In this document: positions 16,705 to 26,667 of the stretch, piece after piece
Numbering within the stretch: the stretch's first letter is position 1
How the letters are laid out: each line of letters starts with the position of its first letter
Origin: a virus
Lineage: Duplodnaviria > Caudoviricetes
Direction: 5' to 3' (one strand)
Virus record (IMG/VR): IMGVR_UViG_3300037498_000121
Coordinates: 1-55,720 of that record
Length of the DNA: 55,720 bases
Position numbers and translations under genes: made by a program
The notes under the pieces: model-generated
Databases searched by the model: none
What the model was told of the DNA's origin: nothing
The model's input: only the letters and a program-made list of their open reading frames with translations

Positions 16705-18117
16705 CTAGCTGATGACGATGTTTTCGTCGGTGGTCCGCGCAATCTGGTCGTCGAGTAAAATCACATCTGCCGCCGGAGACACCAGGTTCACGTTGTACAC
16801 CCCAGCCGTGTTCATGATCCGCTGGATGAGCTGGGCGCGCAGCATGTCCCCGGAGATACCCAGCGTGTTGACGTAGTCGCGGATCGAAGTCTTGATGCTA
16901 GCCCGCACCTCATCGTGATCGTAGCCCTCAAGAACGGTGATAGACGCGTTGATCGACTGGATGAGTACTTGCGGGGTGTCGACGATGACCAGCACACCCG
17001 CGGCGCGGTACCCGGGGTAGTTCGCACGGTCGGTTGTATCCCCATCAACGATTTTCTGGGCGAGCGCGATCAACCCAGTGTACCTCGTGTAGTTGGCAGT
17101 CAGTACCTCCCCCGTGATCAGCGCCGGGGCAAAGACGATCTGTCCAGACGCGGGGTTCAACCAGAAATCCACTCCGCGGTCCAGCATCCCCCGATCCGAG
17201 CTTTCCAGCGTGAACCCTTCCGAATCTTTGATCGCGGGGTAGTCCGTATAGAGCCGCGTCTCTCCACCCACCGCCGATCCGGCTGGAGGACCAGCGAGTC
17301 CCTCGGTCACAATTTCGTCGACCACCTCTTCAGTCGATTCTGCCGCCCCCGTGCCGTCGTCGATGAAGAGGGTGACGTAGCCCGGGTTGACGATATCTTC
17401 GACCGCCTTGGTGAACAGGATAGTCGCCCCGGTGTCCTCGTCTATGGCGCCGCGGACTGCGTCCTCAATCGACTCGATGGTCGAGCGGCCCAACGAGGCG
17501 AGGAAGCGTTTGATCCGGTTACGGAAACTGTCGTCGCTCTCCTTGTCGGTGCCCCAGGCAAAGGCGGTCGGGTTGGTGACGCTGTCGGTCCCCGCCGGCC
17601 GGGAAGCGAAGCGGATGACCGTGTTGGCCGCGGCGTTTCCAGAAACTCCCGGGAGCACTGCCTGGGCGGCAATCTGCCCGGAATCCTTCCCCACCCCATG
17701 GCCGGGGATCTGCTCGGGGCTGGTGGGGGTGATAGAGCCGGCGCCCGTGGTGATGAACTCGGTGCCGGCCGAGGTACGCACCTTGGTGCCCGAAGGGATG
17801 ACCACTGTGCCCGTGGTCGTATTTCTGGAAAAGACCAACAGCCCAGTCGCCTTGGCTGCCGGATTTCTGGAAATAAGCGCTGGCTGGATCTCGGCCGCTC
17901 GCTCATCTAAGTCGTCCCCGGTCGCGGTGTCGATGGAGAAGATCTGGCGCAGCAGGTACATCTGGTAGCTAATTTCGTCGAGCTGGCGCGCCGTGGCTGC
18001 CAGCACGTGCTTGACCACAGACGTGTCCGAGATGTCCGAGAGCTTGGTCCGGGTGACTACTTTCGCAATCATCTGAGCCAAGAACTGCTCATACCGCTTG
18101 GTCGTGAAAACCGGCAT
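16705..18117 (-). CDS. Baseplate J-like (gpJ/gp47) wedge protein
   Basis: TATGDDLDERAAE, IPSGTKV, VTNPTAFAWGTDKESDDSFRNRI, YVNTLGISGD, GVYNVNL. Confidence 0.92.
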   Translation of the reverse strand: MPVFTTKRYEQFLAQMIAKVVTRTKLSDISDTSVVKHVLAATARQLDEISYQMYLLRQIFSIDTATGDDLDERAAEIQPALISRNPAAKATGLLVFSRNTTTGTVVIPSGTKVRTSAGTEFITTGAGSITPTSPEQIPGHGVGKDSGQIAAQAVLPGVSGNAAANTVIRFASRPAGTDSVTNPTAFAWGTDKESDDSFRNRIKRFLASLGRSTIESIEDAVRGAIDEDTGATILFTKAVEDIVNPGYVTLFIDDGTGAAESTEEVVDEIVTEGLAGPPAGSAVGGETRLYTDYPAIKDSEGFTLESSDRGMLDRGVDFWLNPASGQIVFAPALITGEVLTANYTRYTGLIALAQKIVDGDTTDRANYPGYRAAGVLVIVDTPQVLIQSINASITVLEGYDHDEVRASIKTSIRDYVNTLGISGDMLRAQLIQRIMNTAGVYNVNLVSPAADVILLDDQIARTTDENIVIS

Positions 18118-18127
18118 CGCGCTCCTC

Positions 18128-20113
18128 CTACATCGCAGCCTTGACCGTGAAAGATTCGGCCGAGCCCCGCACCGAGACGGTCAAGTCGGTCTCGAAAATG
18201 TCACCTTCGACAGTGAACTTCACATCTTCCACTCCAATAATTCGCGGGTCGGCGCACACCGCTTCCACTACTCGAAACCGCGCCATCTCAATATCGACGG
18301 TGGAGAGGCCCAGGCCCACCACCCGTTGCAAGCCGACGTTCTTGTACAGCGTATCAGTCCCCTGGTCGGTTACCAAGCGCTGTAGAACGGCCTGGGCGAT
18401 GTTGTCTTTCCCCTCGGCGAGTTTCGCATCCACTGAGCCCCCGTTGATGTCGATGGGGATGTCGTAGCGCGCGCCGCGTTCCCCGGTGTAGCCGATGGCT
18501 ACTTCTAGCGCGAAGTCTACTCCCAGCAAGTGGTTTTCGGCCGGTTCTTCGAGCTTGACCCCAGCGATTGGTAGTACCGGCAAATCGAGCACCGAGACTT
18601 GGTTGCTAGGGATGAGGATCTTCGAGCCGATACCAACCGCCTGGGGGAAGGGGCCTCTGTCTGCCCCGCTGGTCGTTCCAGAAATACGGCTGCCCACCAG
18701 TGGCATCGAGGCATGGGCGTTGACAAACGGAGACTGGAGCCCGTTCATGATGGCGATGTACTGCCACTTGCGCGCGTCGCCCAGGTACTGAGCCGCGAGC
18801 GACATGAGCGTGTCGCCCTGGCCGATGACGACCTGGCGAGCGGAGCGGAATTTGAAGACCTCCCCGCCGATGATCAGTTCGCCGGCTATCGCCATCTCTT
18901 CGCCCGGGGTGAGCTTGCTTCCCCAGTTGCGTAGAGCGGAGAAGGTCGAAGGCGCTGTGGCCGCGCGAGCCTCCGTGCGCCGGTCGGCGCTCACTCGCCG
19001 GCGAGTCTCTTGGAACTTGCGGATGTCATCCATGACCGTGTCGTTGCCCCGCTCCCATCTTTCTGGAGCGGTGCCCAAACGCTCCAGCCCGTCTTGCACT
19101 TGGCGGATCTTCTGCCGAGCGATTTCTGGAAAGTCCAAAGTCGCTTCTGTCGCGTCGCTGAGTTCCTGGGCCGAGTTTTCGATCTCCAGGGCGTTATCCA
19201 GCATGTCGATGGTAGTTTCCAGAAAAGCGTAAGGGGCCTGGATGAGCGCGGTGACGCCGTCCAGAAAATCATCGACCGCTCCCAGGATAGCGTTGACCGA
19301 ATCCAAGATAGCGTTGATGTTTTGCACGAACAGGCGAACCTCGTTGACCATCGCGGTCAGATCGCTGACCGCACCTCTAACCCAATCATGAGCCGCCTTG
19401 ACCCAGGCGAGAACGTCTTTGATCGCATCGAAGATCGACTGGTCTTCGCTGAAGTCGGCGTTGGCGTCTGTAGCTGGACCCACCGCGAGCAGCTCGATGT
19501 CGTAACGGTAGAGTAATGGTTCCCCGGAAGAGCGCGTCAGATCGAACCTCTGCGGGACGACCTCCCAGTCTTCCTGATCTCGGGGGTTGTGGAAGAAGAG
19601 TTTGGTCTCGGCCGCGGTCTCGGGATTGCGCTTCAAGTCCCCGTAGGTCCGGAAAACAGAATCCTGCAAATATTGGAAGTGCCGTTGCCCTGAAAGCGCT
19701 CCGACCCAGAAGGGCTGCAGAGCCCGCGAGTAGTTCCGATCCATATCTTCGAGCGCAGGGACTACCGCCTTCTTCAGCGGTAGCGCCCGCGGCTTCCAGC
19801 CGGTGTGCCCCGCGAGCCGAATGGTACGGACGATGATCCCGTTCTCTTCGACATAGACCCCGCCTCCTTGCGTCTGGGTCACCTCGACGGCGAACGGCTC
19901 ACTCATTGAGTAGTTTTGCGGGGGGATGACCAGCGGGAAAAGAAAGCGCGAGTTCCCCAGCTTGTTAGCAACTTTGCTTGGCACTTGCAGCTCGAAGTAG
20001 TAAAGGAGCTTCTTGTAGAAGAAGTCGTCTTTGTTCTGCTTCTGCCGGAGTACTTCTTTGAAGTGGGCGATAGCCCCGCCGGGGGCGTTGGGGATGTCGT
20101 CAGCCAGGGCCAT
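18128..20113 (-). CDS. Tube-initiator / LysM / gp25-like fused baseplate protein
   Basis: N-terminal PPQNYSMSEPF...QTQGGGVYVE; LysM GDTLMSLAAQYLGDARKWQYIAIMNGL; C-terminal gp25-like GKDNIAQAVLQRLVT...ADPRIIGVEDV. Confidence 0.8.
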   Translation of the reverse strand: MALADDIPNAPGGAIAHFKEVLRQKQNKDDFFYKKLLYYFELQVPSKVANKLGNSRFLFPLVIPPQNYSMSEPFAVEVTQTQGGGVYVEENGIIVRTIRLAGHTGWKPRALPLKKAVVPALEDMDRNYSRALQPFWVGALSGQRHFQYLQDSVFRTYGDLKRNPETAAETKLFFHNPRDQEDWEVVPQRFDLTRSSGEPLLYRYDIELLAVGPATDANADFSEDQSIFDAIKDVLAWVKAAHDWVRGAVSDLTAMVNEVRLFVQNINAILDSVNAILGAVDDFLDGVTALIQAPYAFLETTIDMLDNALEIENSAQELSDATEATLDFPEIARQKIRQVQDGLERLGTAPERWERGNDTVMDDIRKFQETRRRVSADRRTEARAATAPSTFSALRNWGSKLTPGEEMAIAGELIIGGEVFKFRSARQVVIGQGDTLMSLAAQYLGDARKWQYIAIMNGLQSPFVNAHASMPLVGSRISGTTSGADRGPFPQAVGIGSKILIPSNQVSVLDLPVLPIAGVKLEEPAENHLLGVDFALEVAIGYTGERGARYDIPIDINGGSVDAKLAEGKDNIAQAVLQRLVTDQGTDTLYKNVGLQRVVGLGLSTVDIEMARFRVVEAVCADPRIIGVEDVKFTVEGDIFETDLTVSVRGSAESFTVKAAM

Positions 20114-20129
20114 CCGCGCACCTCCTCAG

Positions 20130-20254
20130 TGCCTACCGACTCCCGGCACCGCCGTGGATTAACAGCGCCGGAAGTCGGTAGCATTGTCGGGATCGCGGAT
20201 GGCTATCAAACGACCAAGGCCACCACAGTATACTGTGCGATCCCGTGTTGTAAA
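20130..20254 (-). promoter_or_regulatory. Internal promoter plus structured leader upstream of baseplate genes
   Basis: TTTACA-16 nt-TATACT (20254-20227); perfect 14-bp palindrome CACAGTATACTGTG over the -10; long hairpin 20130-20183 abutting the GAGGAGG RBS. Confidence 0.6.
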
Positions 20255-20276
20255 GAACATAGTTGCCATTTCAGTC

Positions 20277-21338
20277 CTAACCATCAGGAAATAATAGCTT
20301 ACTTGACTCTATCCCACTGTTCCAGGCCGGTGCTAAAATAGGTGTCGTCGTCGCAGTGGTGGGCCCAAGCGGGTGAGGGTGCACGTGCGCATCGAAAAGA
20401 TCGAGTTGGGTTTTCAATGAATTATAAAGAGTTTTCAAGTGATTAGCGATAGCCGCCTTCACCGCCCCATCGCCCAGGGTCAGCTTGGCGGTATCCGCCT
20501 TGCCCTCGACCTTCAGCTCGGGCTCCTCCTCCAGAGTCACCTCCAGCCCCGTTTTCTGGAAAGCTAACCGAGCCAATTCAGAAGGGTTTTCCGGGTCAGC
20601 CATGTCGTAGATGACCACCTGGAGCTGGGCTTCCTTGGGCAGGTTGAGCGTCTGGTTGCCCTTGGCCGGATCTGTCGGGTAGAGCTTCTCTTTCCCGTCC
20701 TGCTGTAGCTTCCCGTCTCCTGCCCGCCGGGTATCCACCAGGAAGTTTCCCAGCCCGTCGACTCCCCAGTGCACCCCGTTGTGCCGCCGCAAGTCCGGGT
20801 TCCCGTCGGCGAGCTTGAGCCCCATCCGTACCCCGAGCCCGCCCTCGGCCCGCCCCAAATCCAGAACTGGGTGGGGGAGCCCTCCCAGAATGACCGGCAT
20901 CTCCAAAGAGTCGTTCAGAAATCCAACGATAACGTGATCCCCGTCCATGTAGGCTGGATCGGAAGTCGGGCAGATCCCTTGGTGCAGATCAACCCGAGCA
21001 GCTCGTGGCATCCAGATTCTGCCTGCGTGGATCCCGGTGCCACCTTCCTGCATGACCATTACGTTGGTCATTCCTACCCAGCGTTGGCCAGGGACAGACG
21101 GGAAGAGGAGCACATCGCAGTAGACCCCGACTGGAGTGGCTGCCTTGTTCCCGGGCTGTAGCACCCCTTTAGGGCCATAGGGATGATGGGTATCGTCTAG
21201 GACATAGGTGGCGGTCACCACCCCCCGCAGAAGCAGCCCGTTGGTGCGGAGCGACCCGATCTGTCGCTTCGGGACGCTGCTTTGTAACAACGTCCCGGCG
21301 CGGGTGCGGGCAGGTTTGTAGGTGTCTTCGGTACCCAT
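20277..21338 (-). CDS. Baseplate central spike (gp5/gpV-like)
   Basis: OB-fold signature DGDHVIVGFLNDSLEMPVILGGLPH; C-terminal metal-binding FDAHVHPHP. Confidence 0.85.
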   Translation of the reverse strand: MGTEDTYKPARTRAGTLLQSSVPKRQIGSLRTNGLLLRGVVTATYVLDDTHHPYGPKGVLQPGNKAATPVGVYCDVLLFPSVPGQRWVGMTNVMVMQEGGTGIHAGRIWMPRAARVDLHQGICPTSDPAYMDGDHVIVGFLNDSLEMPVILGGLPHPVLDLGRAEGGLGVRMGLKLADGNPDLRRHNGVHWGVDGLGNFLVDTRRAGDGKLQQDGKEKLYPTDPAKGNQTLNLPKEAQLQVVIYDMADPENPSELARLAFQKTGLEVTLEEEPELKVEGKADTAKLTLGDGAVKAAIANHLKTLYNSLKTQLDLFDAHVHPHPLGPTTATTTPILAPAWNSGIESSKLLFPDG

Positions 21339-21345
21339 CGTTACC

Positions 21346-22845
21346 TCATTGCCACTTGATCCAGGAAATGTCAGTCAGCAACTTGGGCTCAGCGTAGCGA
21401 TCTGACATTTGCTTGAGCGCCTCTTTCAGCGAGCGATCCGATCCCACCCAGCCGCGAGTCGCCCCGAGCGTAGTCCGAGTCCCCTGGCCGAAAGACCAGT
21501 TGTGCCCGACCGACTCCAGGTAATAGGTCTCCTGATCGACTTCCCCGTGCTCCCCGGGGATGCGCAGCTTGCACCCGATCTTGATGTCCGGGCGCCCTAT
21601 CCCTAGATTGATGGACCCAGATAGAAAATATGGATTCAGGCAGTGCCAGTCTTTCGCGATTCTCCGCTGCTGCTCACAGAGCTTCGAGAAATCAAGTTCG
21701 TCCGGGCTCATCGCGGACTGCACGTCGTAGCGCCGCAACCCATGCCGGTGCATCGACTGGAAGTCCACCAGCGGGGTGAGGATGTTGAGCGAATTCTGGC
21801 CGAAGGCCTCTTGGTGGAGTTGGCTCGCGACAAAAAAGGCGTTGAAGCGTTCTAAGCCAGAACGGCCCACGTTGTCGTGGACGATCTGCTGGCGAGGCAC
21901 CACGAACTGCGGAACCGAATCCCAACTGATCGGCCAAGCGTCGATCTTCGGGTCAACTATGGGAAAGGGTCGATCGCGGACTACCACGGTCATGTGCACA
22001 TCTTTCGGAGCGAACGAGGTACCCGACTGCAACCGCCCATCGAATGGCCCGCCGCTAGGCAGCATGTCCGCGTAGAACTCGACAAACGGTGGATCCGCAT
22101 GCTGCTGCGCTGTGGCCCACAGGGTGTTATTCGGGTCCATGAAATTCGGGTTGAAGCTCTTCCGGGCAGGCGCGTTGTAGTAGTGGTTGCCGTTGAATGT
22201 GACCCATTTGAGAAAAGATCCGCCCCCGTTGGGCATACCGGCGGGCATCTCCCAGTTGACTCCCGCGGTGATGCTCACCTTTTCCAGAAAGTTCCAGAGA
22301 AAGGCCTGTACCGTATCAGGTGGTGTCCCGCGCAGGTTGGGGATGGCCTCGAAGATTTGAGTTGCCCAGGCTTCGCTCACCATGTCCCTATCACCACAAG
22401 GCGAGAACCATACCGGGGTAGTTTCCCAGATCTTCGCGAAGTCCCGACCGGTAAGGGTGTAGCTCTTGACCGTCGCCCCCGAGCCCCCGACCGAACGGTT
22501 GCGCCGGATCTCATCGACCAATCCGCGCATCACATGCCAGGGCTGGTCGTGGCGATAGAAGACGATGTCGATCCAGTCGTCGTCGCAAATGTGCTGGAAG
22601 AGGTTTGCCGCGGCGAGTGAAGGCTTGATGTCGACGGTGAAAGACCCACTTGCCGACCCGAGCATCTTTTGGGTCGAGACCGAGACCAGGGACGGGTGCT
22701 TGGCGTCGGCGCGCTTTCCAGAAAATGGGTACTGCCCCATACCGTCTGGGAGCATGACCAGCGGGTCGTCGCCGTGCGAATAGAGGATGACCTCGGCCCA
22801 GCTCGTCTCGCTCCCCTGGAATCCAGTTTTGTAGACGTTGGCCAT
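21346..22845 (-). CDS. Baseplate hub protein (gp27/Tal-like)
   Basis: Follows the tape measure gene; VMRGLVDEIRR...LTGRDFAK, GRPDIKIGCKL, YYLESVGHNWSF...TTLGATRG. Start at ATG 22845. Confidence 0.8.
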   Translation of the reverse strand: MANVYKTGFQGSETSWAEVILYSHGDDPLVMLPDGMGQYPFSGKRADAKHPSLVSVSTQKMLGSASGSFTVDIKPSLAAANLFQHICDDDWIDIVFYRHDQPWHVMRGLVDEIRRNRSVGGSGATVKSYTLTGRDFAKIWETTPVWFSPCGDRDMVSEAWATQIFEAIPNLRGTPPDTVQAFLWNFLEKVSITAGVNWEMPAGMPNGGGSFLKWVTFNGNHYYNAPARKSFNPNFMDPNNTLWATAQQHADPPFVEFYADMLPSGGPFDGRLQSGTSFAPKDVHMTVVVRDRPFPIVDPKIDAWPISWDSVPQFVVPRQQIVHDNVGRSGLERFNAFFVASQLHQEAFGQNSLNILTPLVDFQSMHRHGLRRYDVQSAMSPDELDFSKLCEQQRRIAKDWHCLNPYFLSGSINLGIGRPDIKIGCKLRIPGEHGEVDQETYYLESVGHNWSFGQGTRTTLGATRGWVGSDRSLKEALKQMSDRYAEPKLLTDISWIKWQ

Positions 22846-22846
22846 G

Positions 22847-25222
22847 TCAGCCGCCAAATCCCAAAGCACTCTTGGCCACATCTACGACATCCCAGAAGGA
22901 CACATCCTTTTTGCTGGTTACTTTGTCCATCGCCGTACCGAAGGCCTCGAACTGCTTGGTCAGCTTCACGACCGGGCCCGCGTCCCCGGCGAGGTTAGCG
23001 AAGGATTTCACCAGGTCGGCCGCGGCCTTGTCCATGGTGTTCACCACCCCAATCATCTTCTCGCCGGCGGCGATCTGCTGGTTCTGGATAGCCGCCTGGG
23101 CCTTGAGTTCCCCGGGCACTGCACCCTTGGCTGCCCCGACGAGGCCCTTGGTGGTCACGATCTTGGCGCGCCCTTCCCCTTCGGCTCGTCTGGTGGCTTC
23201 GGCATCGGCGTACTGCTGCTCTTCGGGGGTGAGCTTGCCGCCGGTGAGCTGCTTCTCCAGTAGCCCGATTTCTTTCTGGCCCATCTGGATGCCCATCTGC
23301 TTGCCGAGCACGCTACGCAGAAAGAACCGCCCGGTCGCCCCACCGCCGCCCATTTCCATGATCGAGCGCATGACATCGGAAAGCCCTTTGTCGGCGCCAA
23401 TGCCCCCCACTCCGCCCTCTTTCAGTTTCCCGCCCATCTCTTCCAATTGAATCACAGATTTTTCGTACTCAGCCGCCCCGCCTGTTCCGGTGTAGCCCCC
23501 CATCTTGTTGAGCAGCATCATATCGAGCCCGCCTTGCGGGCCTCGGGCGCCGATGCCCTGCATGTAGCTGGCGGCTCCGCTGGCTATCTTGGCCGCGCGA
23601 GTTCCAGAAATTCCCGCCTGGGAGAAGCTGGTGGCCATCTCCTTGATGGCGTCGGGAGCGATGGGGATGCCGGTCGTCTCCCACTGCTTGATCCCTTCGG
23701 CCATCGACTGCATGTAGTCGACCAGCTCACTGCCCTCCAGTCCGAGCTTGAGCCCGTCGTTGATTGCCCGGGTCATCATCTGATCGGCCTGCCCCGGACC
23801 GCCGGATATGCCGCCTCGACGTCCGGCCTGGAGAAAGGCGCCAGAAGTATCGCCCCCAACCCCGAAAAGTGTCTTTGCCGCGAAACCGGTCTTGAGCATC
23901 CCCTGACTCATCATCTCGCGCCCCGAGCCCCCGCCACCGCGGAGGATTTCAGTCATCGACTGGAGCGCTTGGTCCTTGGCCATGCCGAACTGCACGCCCT
24001 CTCGCTGAGCGGCGTAGACCGGATCATTCATGCGCCGGCGCGCGGCAGCGATAGTCCTTTGCCGGGCTCCGCTAGCTTGCTGCTCGGATGCAGTATTGTC
24101 AGCCGCACGCATCGCCTGCCAGTTACTTTGTTGCTGGCTGGAAAATTGAGTGAACTCCTTTTCATCGATCATCTTTCTAGCATGTTGAGCCCAGTTATAT
24201 TTTTCGTAGCCGCGGGGGATACGAGTCGCGTAGCCCCCGCCCTCGGGGCTAGCGCGGACCGCGCGTTCAGCGGCTTCCGGGTTCTTGGCGTTGAAGCGCT
24301 GCCTCATTCCCGGAATCATTTTCTGGAATTCGACGTCCGAGTAAATCGATGCGTTCTGCGAACGAGACTGGGCGACTTCTTTTTGGTACCGTGCCCCCGC
24401 GGCTCCTCGCGCCCCGGCCATCTCCAGCCCACCGCCGACGTACGGCATCGCTTCCATCTGCTGGCGGCGCCACTCCATCGCTCGGCCGGCGTAGCCGACC
24501 GCGGTCCCCATCATCCCGCCCATGATCCCGCCCCCGGGAAGCGCGCTCATCATCTGGGCCAGACCTTGGGCGCCCTGGAAGGGCGCTTGGGCAACGGCAC
24601 CCCCGAAGGCCGCCGTACGCTGGAGCGCCCCGCGCGCTACCGCCCCGGTTGCCTGCCCAGCCGCTTGGCGCAGGAACCCCGGGCCACGCTGCAAGAATAG
24701 CGGGGCTACCCCAGGGGCAGCGGTCTGGGCGAATCCCTGGGTGAAAGCCCACTTAGCCTGCTGCTCCGCCTGCTGACGCTTCTGATCTTCGCGATCTTGG
24801 GCCTGGGCCGTGCCTTGCTTGCGCTTCTCCTCGGTCTTGGCGAGTTGCTCCTCTGCGCGATTCAACTCCCGGGCCGCACGAGCTTCCGCGGAATAGGCCT
24901 TTTCCAGATTTTTTACCGCGCCTTCCAGATCCTCTGATTGGCCTTGGGTTTGCTTCAGGCTCTCGGAGAGCGCCTTGTAGGCGACTGAGGATTTGTCTTT
25001 GATCCCGGCCATCGCCGTGAAAAGCGTAGCCTGGGTCTTGGCGAGCTTAGTGATTTGTCCGTCGAGCCCGACGATTTTGGACTGAGCTTCTTCGTAGCTC
25101 TTTGCCTGCTCCTTCATGCCCTTGAGCGCCGACTCGTTGACCTTGAGGATTTTCTGGAGCGCTTCGTCGAAGCCCTGGGCTTCGGCGGTAATGACTACTC
25201 CGGTGCGGATATCACCTGCCAT
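22847..25222 (-). CDS. Tail tape measure protein, 791 aa
   Basis: Ala/Gly/Gln/Met-rich helical protein with an N-terminal coiled coil, directly after the chaperone genes. Start MAGDIRT at 25222. Confidence 0.85.
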   Translation of the reverse strand: MAGDIRTGVVITAEAQGFDEALQKILKVNESALKGMKEQAKSYEEAQSKIVGLDGQITKLAKTQATLFTAMAGIKDKSSVAYKALSESLKQTQGQSEDLEGAVKNLEKAYSAEARAARELNRAEEQLAKTEEKRKQGTAQAQDREDQKRQQAEQQAKWAFTQGFAQTAAPGVAPLFLQRGPGFLRQAAGQATGAVARGALQRTAAFGGAVAQAPFQGAQGLAQMMSALPGGGIMGGMMGTAVGYAGRAMEWRRQQMEAMPYVGGGLEMAGARGAAGARYQKEVAQSRSQNASIYSDVEFQKMIPGMRQRFNAKNPEAAERAVRASPEGGGYATRIPRGYEKYNWAQHARKMIDEKEFTQFSSQQQSNWQAMRAADNTASEQQASGARQRTIAAARRRMNDPVYAAQREGVQFGMAKDQALQSMTEILRGGGGSGREMMSQGMLKTGFAAKTLFGVGGDTSGAFLQAGRRGGISGGPGQADQMMTRAINDGLKLGLEGSELVDYMQSMAEGIKQWETTGIPIAPDAIKEMATSFSQAGISGTRAAKIASGAASYMQGIGARGPQGGLDMMLLNKMGGYTGTGGAAEYEKSVIQLEEMGGKLKEGGVGGIGADKGLSDVMRSIMEMGGGGATGRFFLRSVLGKQMGIQMGQKEIGLLEKQLTGGKLTPEEQQYADAEATRRAEGEGRAKIVTTKGLVGAAKGAVPGELKAQAAIQNQQIAAGEKMIGVVNTMDKAAADLVKSFANLAGDAGPVVKLTKQFEAFGTAMDKVTSKKDVSFWDVVDVAKSALGFGG

Positions 25223-25224
25223 CG

Positions 25225-25585
25225 CTAGGCCTCCAAGTCGGGCACGCGCCCTTCTTCCAGATCCCGCTCCCACTGATCAATTAACTCGTCCCCGGTCTCG
25301 ACTGGGTCGCCGAGCGCGGTCAACACCGCGCGCAACTGCCGGCTCAATTCCTGCTGCTCTTTGATCGACTGGTCCTCATCCTCCAGCGCAGTGGTAAGAT
25401 CGCGCTTGCGTACCAGCAGATCCTCGATCATCTCCTGATTCAACTCGGCCACGCTCTGCTCCAGAAACAGCGTGTGATTGGGGGGCAACTTGTACTTTCC
25501 GCTCCACCAGCGCTTGAGTGAAGCGAGCCCCGACTCAACCTCCCGCTCCGCCCGCCGACGAACCCTTCGAATATCCGAGAAAGGT
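25225..25585 (-). CDS. Tail assembly chaperone frameshift extension (gpT-like)
   Basis: Open +1 frame overlapping the chaperone 3' end with no good start of its own; contains WWSGKYKLPPNH. Candidate shift site ACC TTT CTC at 25585-25577. Confidence 0.7.
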
Positions 25586-26065
25586 CGATTCGTGCGAGAC
25601 CACCTCCATGTAGATCTCTTGAAGCAGCCGCACGTCATCGAGGGCGAGCAAGTCCTCAGCCCACTTGGGCCGCGCCACCAGGCTGAAGGATAGATGCGAC
25701 ACCATCAGGTTGATCTCGGCGGTGAGCGCGTCCAGATTTGTCGGCGAGATCCCTGCAGCCAGGTTCGAACGCATGATGCCCATCAACTGCCGGTCGCGGA
25801 TGTTCAGCACCCGGTTGGTGAACTTCCCCGCCCAGACCTTGCCGCGCCCGCTCTTCCAGTGGAAATCGAACGTGTGCTCGCGTTGAGAACGGGGGTCTTC
25901 CGCCTCATTTTCTGGAACGCCATCGGCTATCCCCACTATTTTGCTGCTGATGGCTTTCTTCAGATCTTCGATTTCTTCTGGAATCAGGGGTTGAAGGTGT
26001 TCTGGCTTGGTCAATCGCTCGAAGGCTTCTGAGGTAATCCCGATCTTGTCAGTCATTCCAGACAT
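25535..26065 (-). CDS. Tail assembly chaperone (gpG-like)
   Basis: 176 aa between tube and tape measure; GKFTNRVLNIRD...RPKWAEDL; AGGAG RBS. Confidence 0.8.
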   Translation of the reverse strand: MSGMTDKIGITSEAFERLTKPEHLQPLIPEEIEDLKKAISSKIVGIADGVPENEAEDPRSQREHTFDFHWKSGRGKVWAGKFTNRVLNIRDRQLMGIMRSNLAAGISPTNLDALTAEINLMVSHLSFSLVARPKWAEDLLALDDVRLLQEIYMEVVSHESTFLGYSKGSSAGGAGG

Positions 26066-26129
26066 TGCTCGCTCTCCTTATTGGGTCTGGGTCGAGGATA
26101 CGGGATGGCGTGGGGGAGGGCAACATCTC

Positions 26130-26174
26130 AAAAGAAAGGGCCACCGGGTGCGGGGGGGATACATCCGGGACCCT
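26130..26174 (-). terminator. Probable intrinsic terminator after the tail tube gene
   Basis: AGGGTC-CCGG...CCGG-TGGCCCT stem followed by TTCTTTT. Confidence 0.55.
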
Positions 26175-26207
26175 GTTCCCGCTCAAGCTAATCGCCCGAG
26201 CATCCTA

Positions 26208-26657
26208 TCAGGTCAGTTCGCTTTCGTCCTTGGCGCGAATGGCCACGAACTCGACATCCTCTCCGACGATCCCGCGGGCGTCCACCGTCCAGTTGTGGCT
26301 GGCGATCTTCACCTGGTCGAGGTAGCTGATGATCTTGCCCGTCTTGGTGTCCTCGACCTGGGCCTCAAGCACGCCGGCGTCGAGTATGTTGGACAGGTGC
26401 TCATCGGTGCTCTTGCCAACGGCCGGAAACCAGCCCTTGGATTTGAGGGTCTCGCCGACAATCCGGAATTTCGAGGCGGAAAACCGTACCCGATAAGCCA
26501 CTGGCACGTGCTCTTCCACCTCGATGTTGTCGAGCACTTCGACGGGCTGGTACTCGATCTCCTCGGTGATGGCCACGTTCCTGGCGTAGCCCACCTTGGA
26601 GCCTCCGATCGAGAATCGCGCCCGCGCGCCAGTGAAAAGATTTCCCTTGGCAGCCAT
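26208..26657 (-). CDS. Tail tube protein
   Basis: 149 aa directly after the sheath; FTGARARFSIGGSKVGYA...EEHVPVAY...IVGEDVEFVAI. Confidence 0.9.
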   Translation of the reverse strand: MAAKGNLFTGARARFSIGGSKVGYARNVAITEEIEYQPVEVLDNIEVEEHVPVAYRVRFSASKFRIVGETLKSKGWFPAVGKSTDEHLSNILDAGVLEAQVEDTKTGKIISYLDQVKIASHNWTVDARGIVGEDVEFVAIRAKDESELT

Positions 26658-26667
26658 GGATCACTCC

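Noticed and set aside
20224-20237. LexA SOS box
   Set aside because: Half-sites are in the opposite orientation and spacing to CTGT-N8-ACAG.
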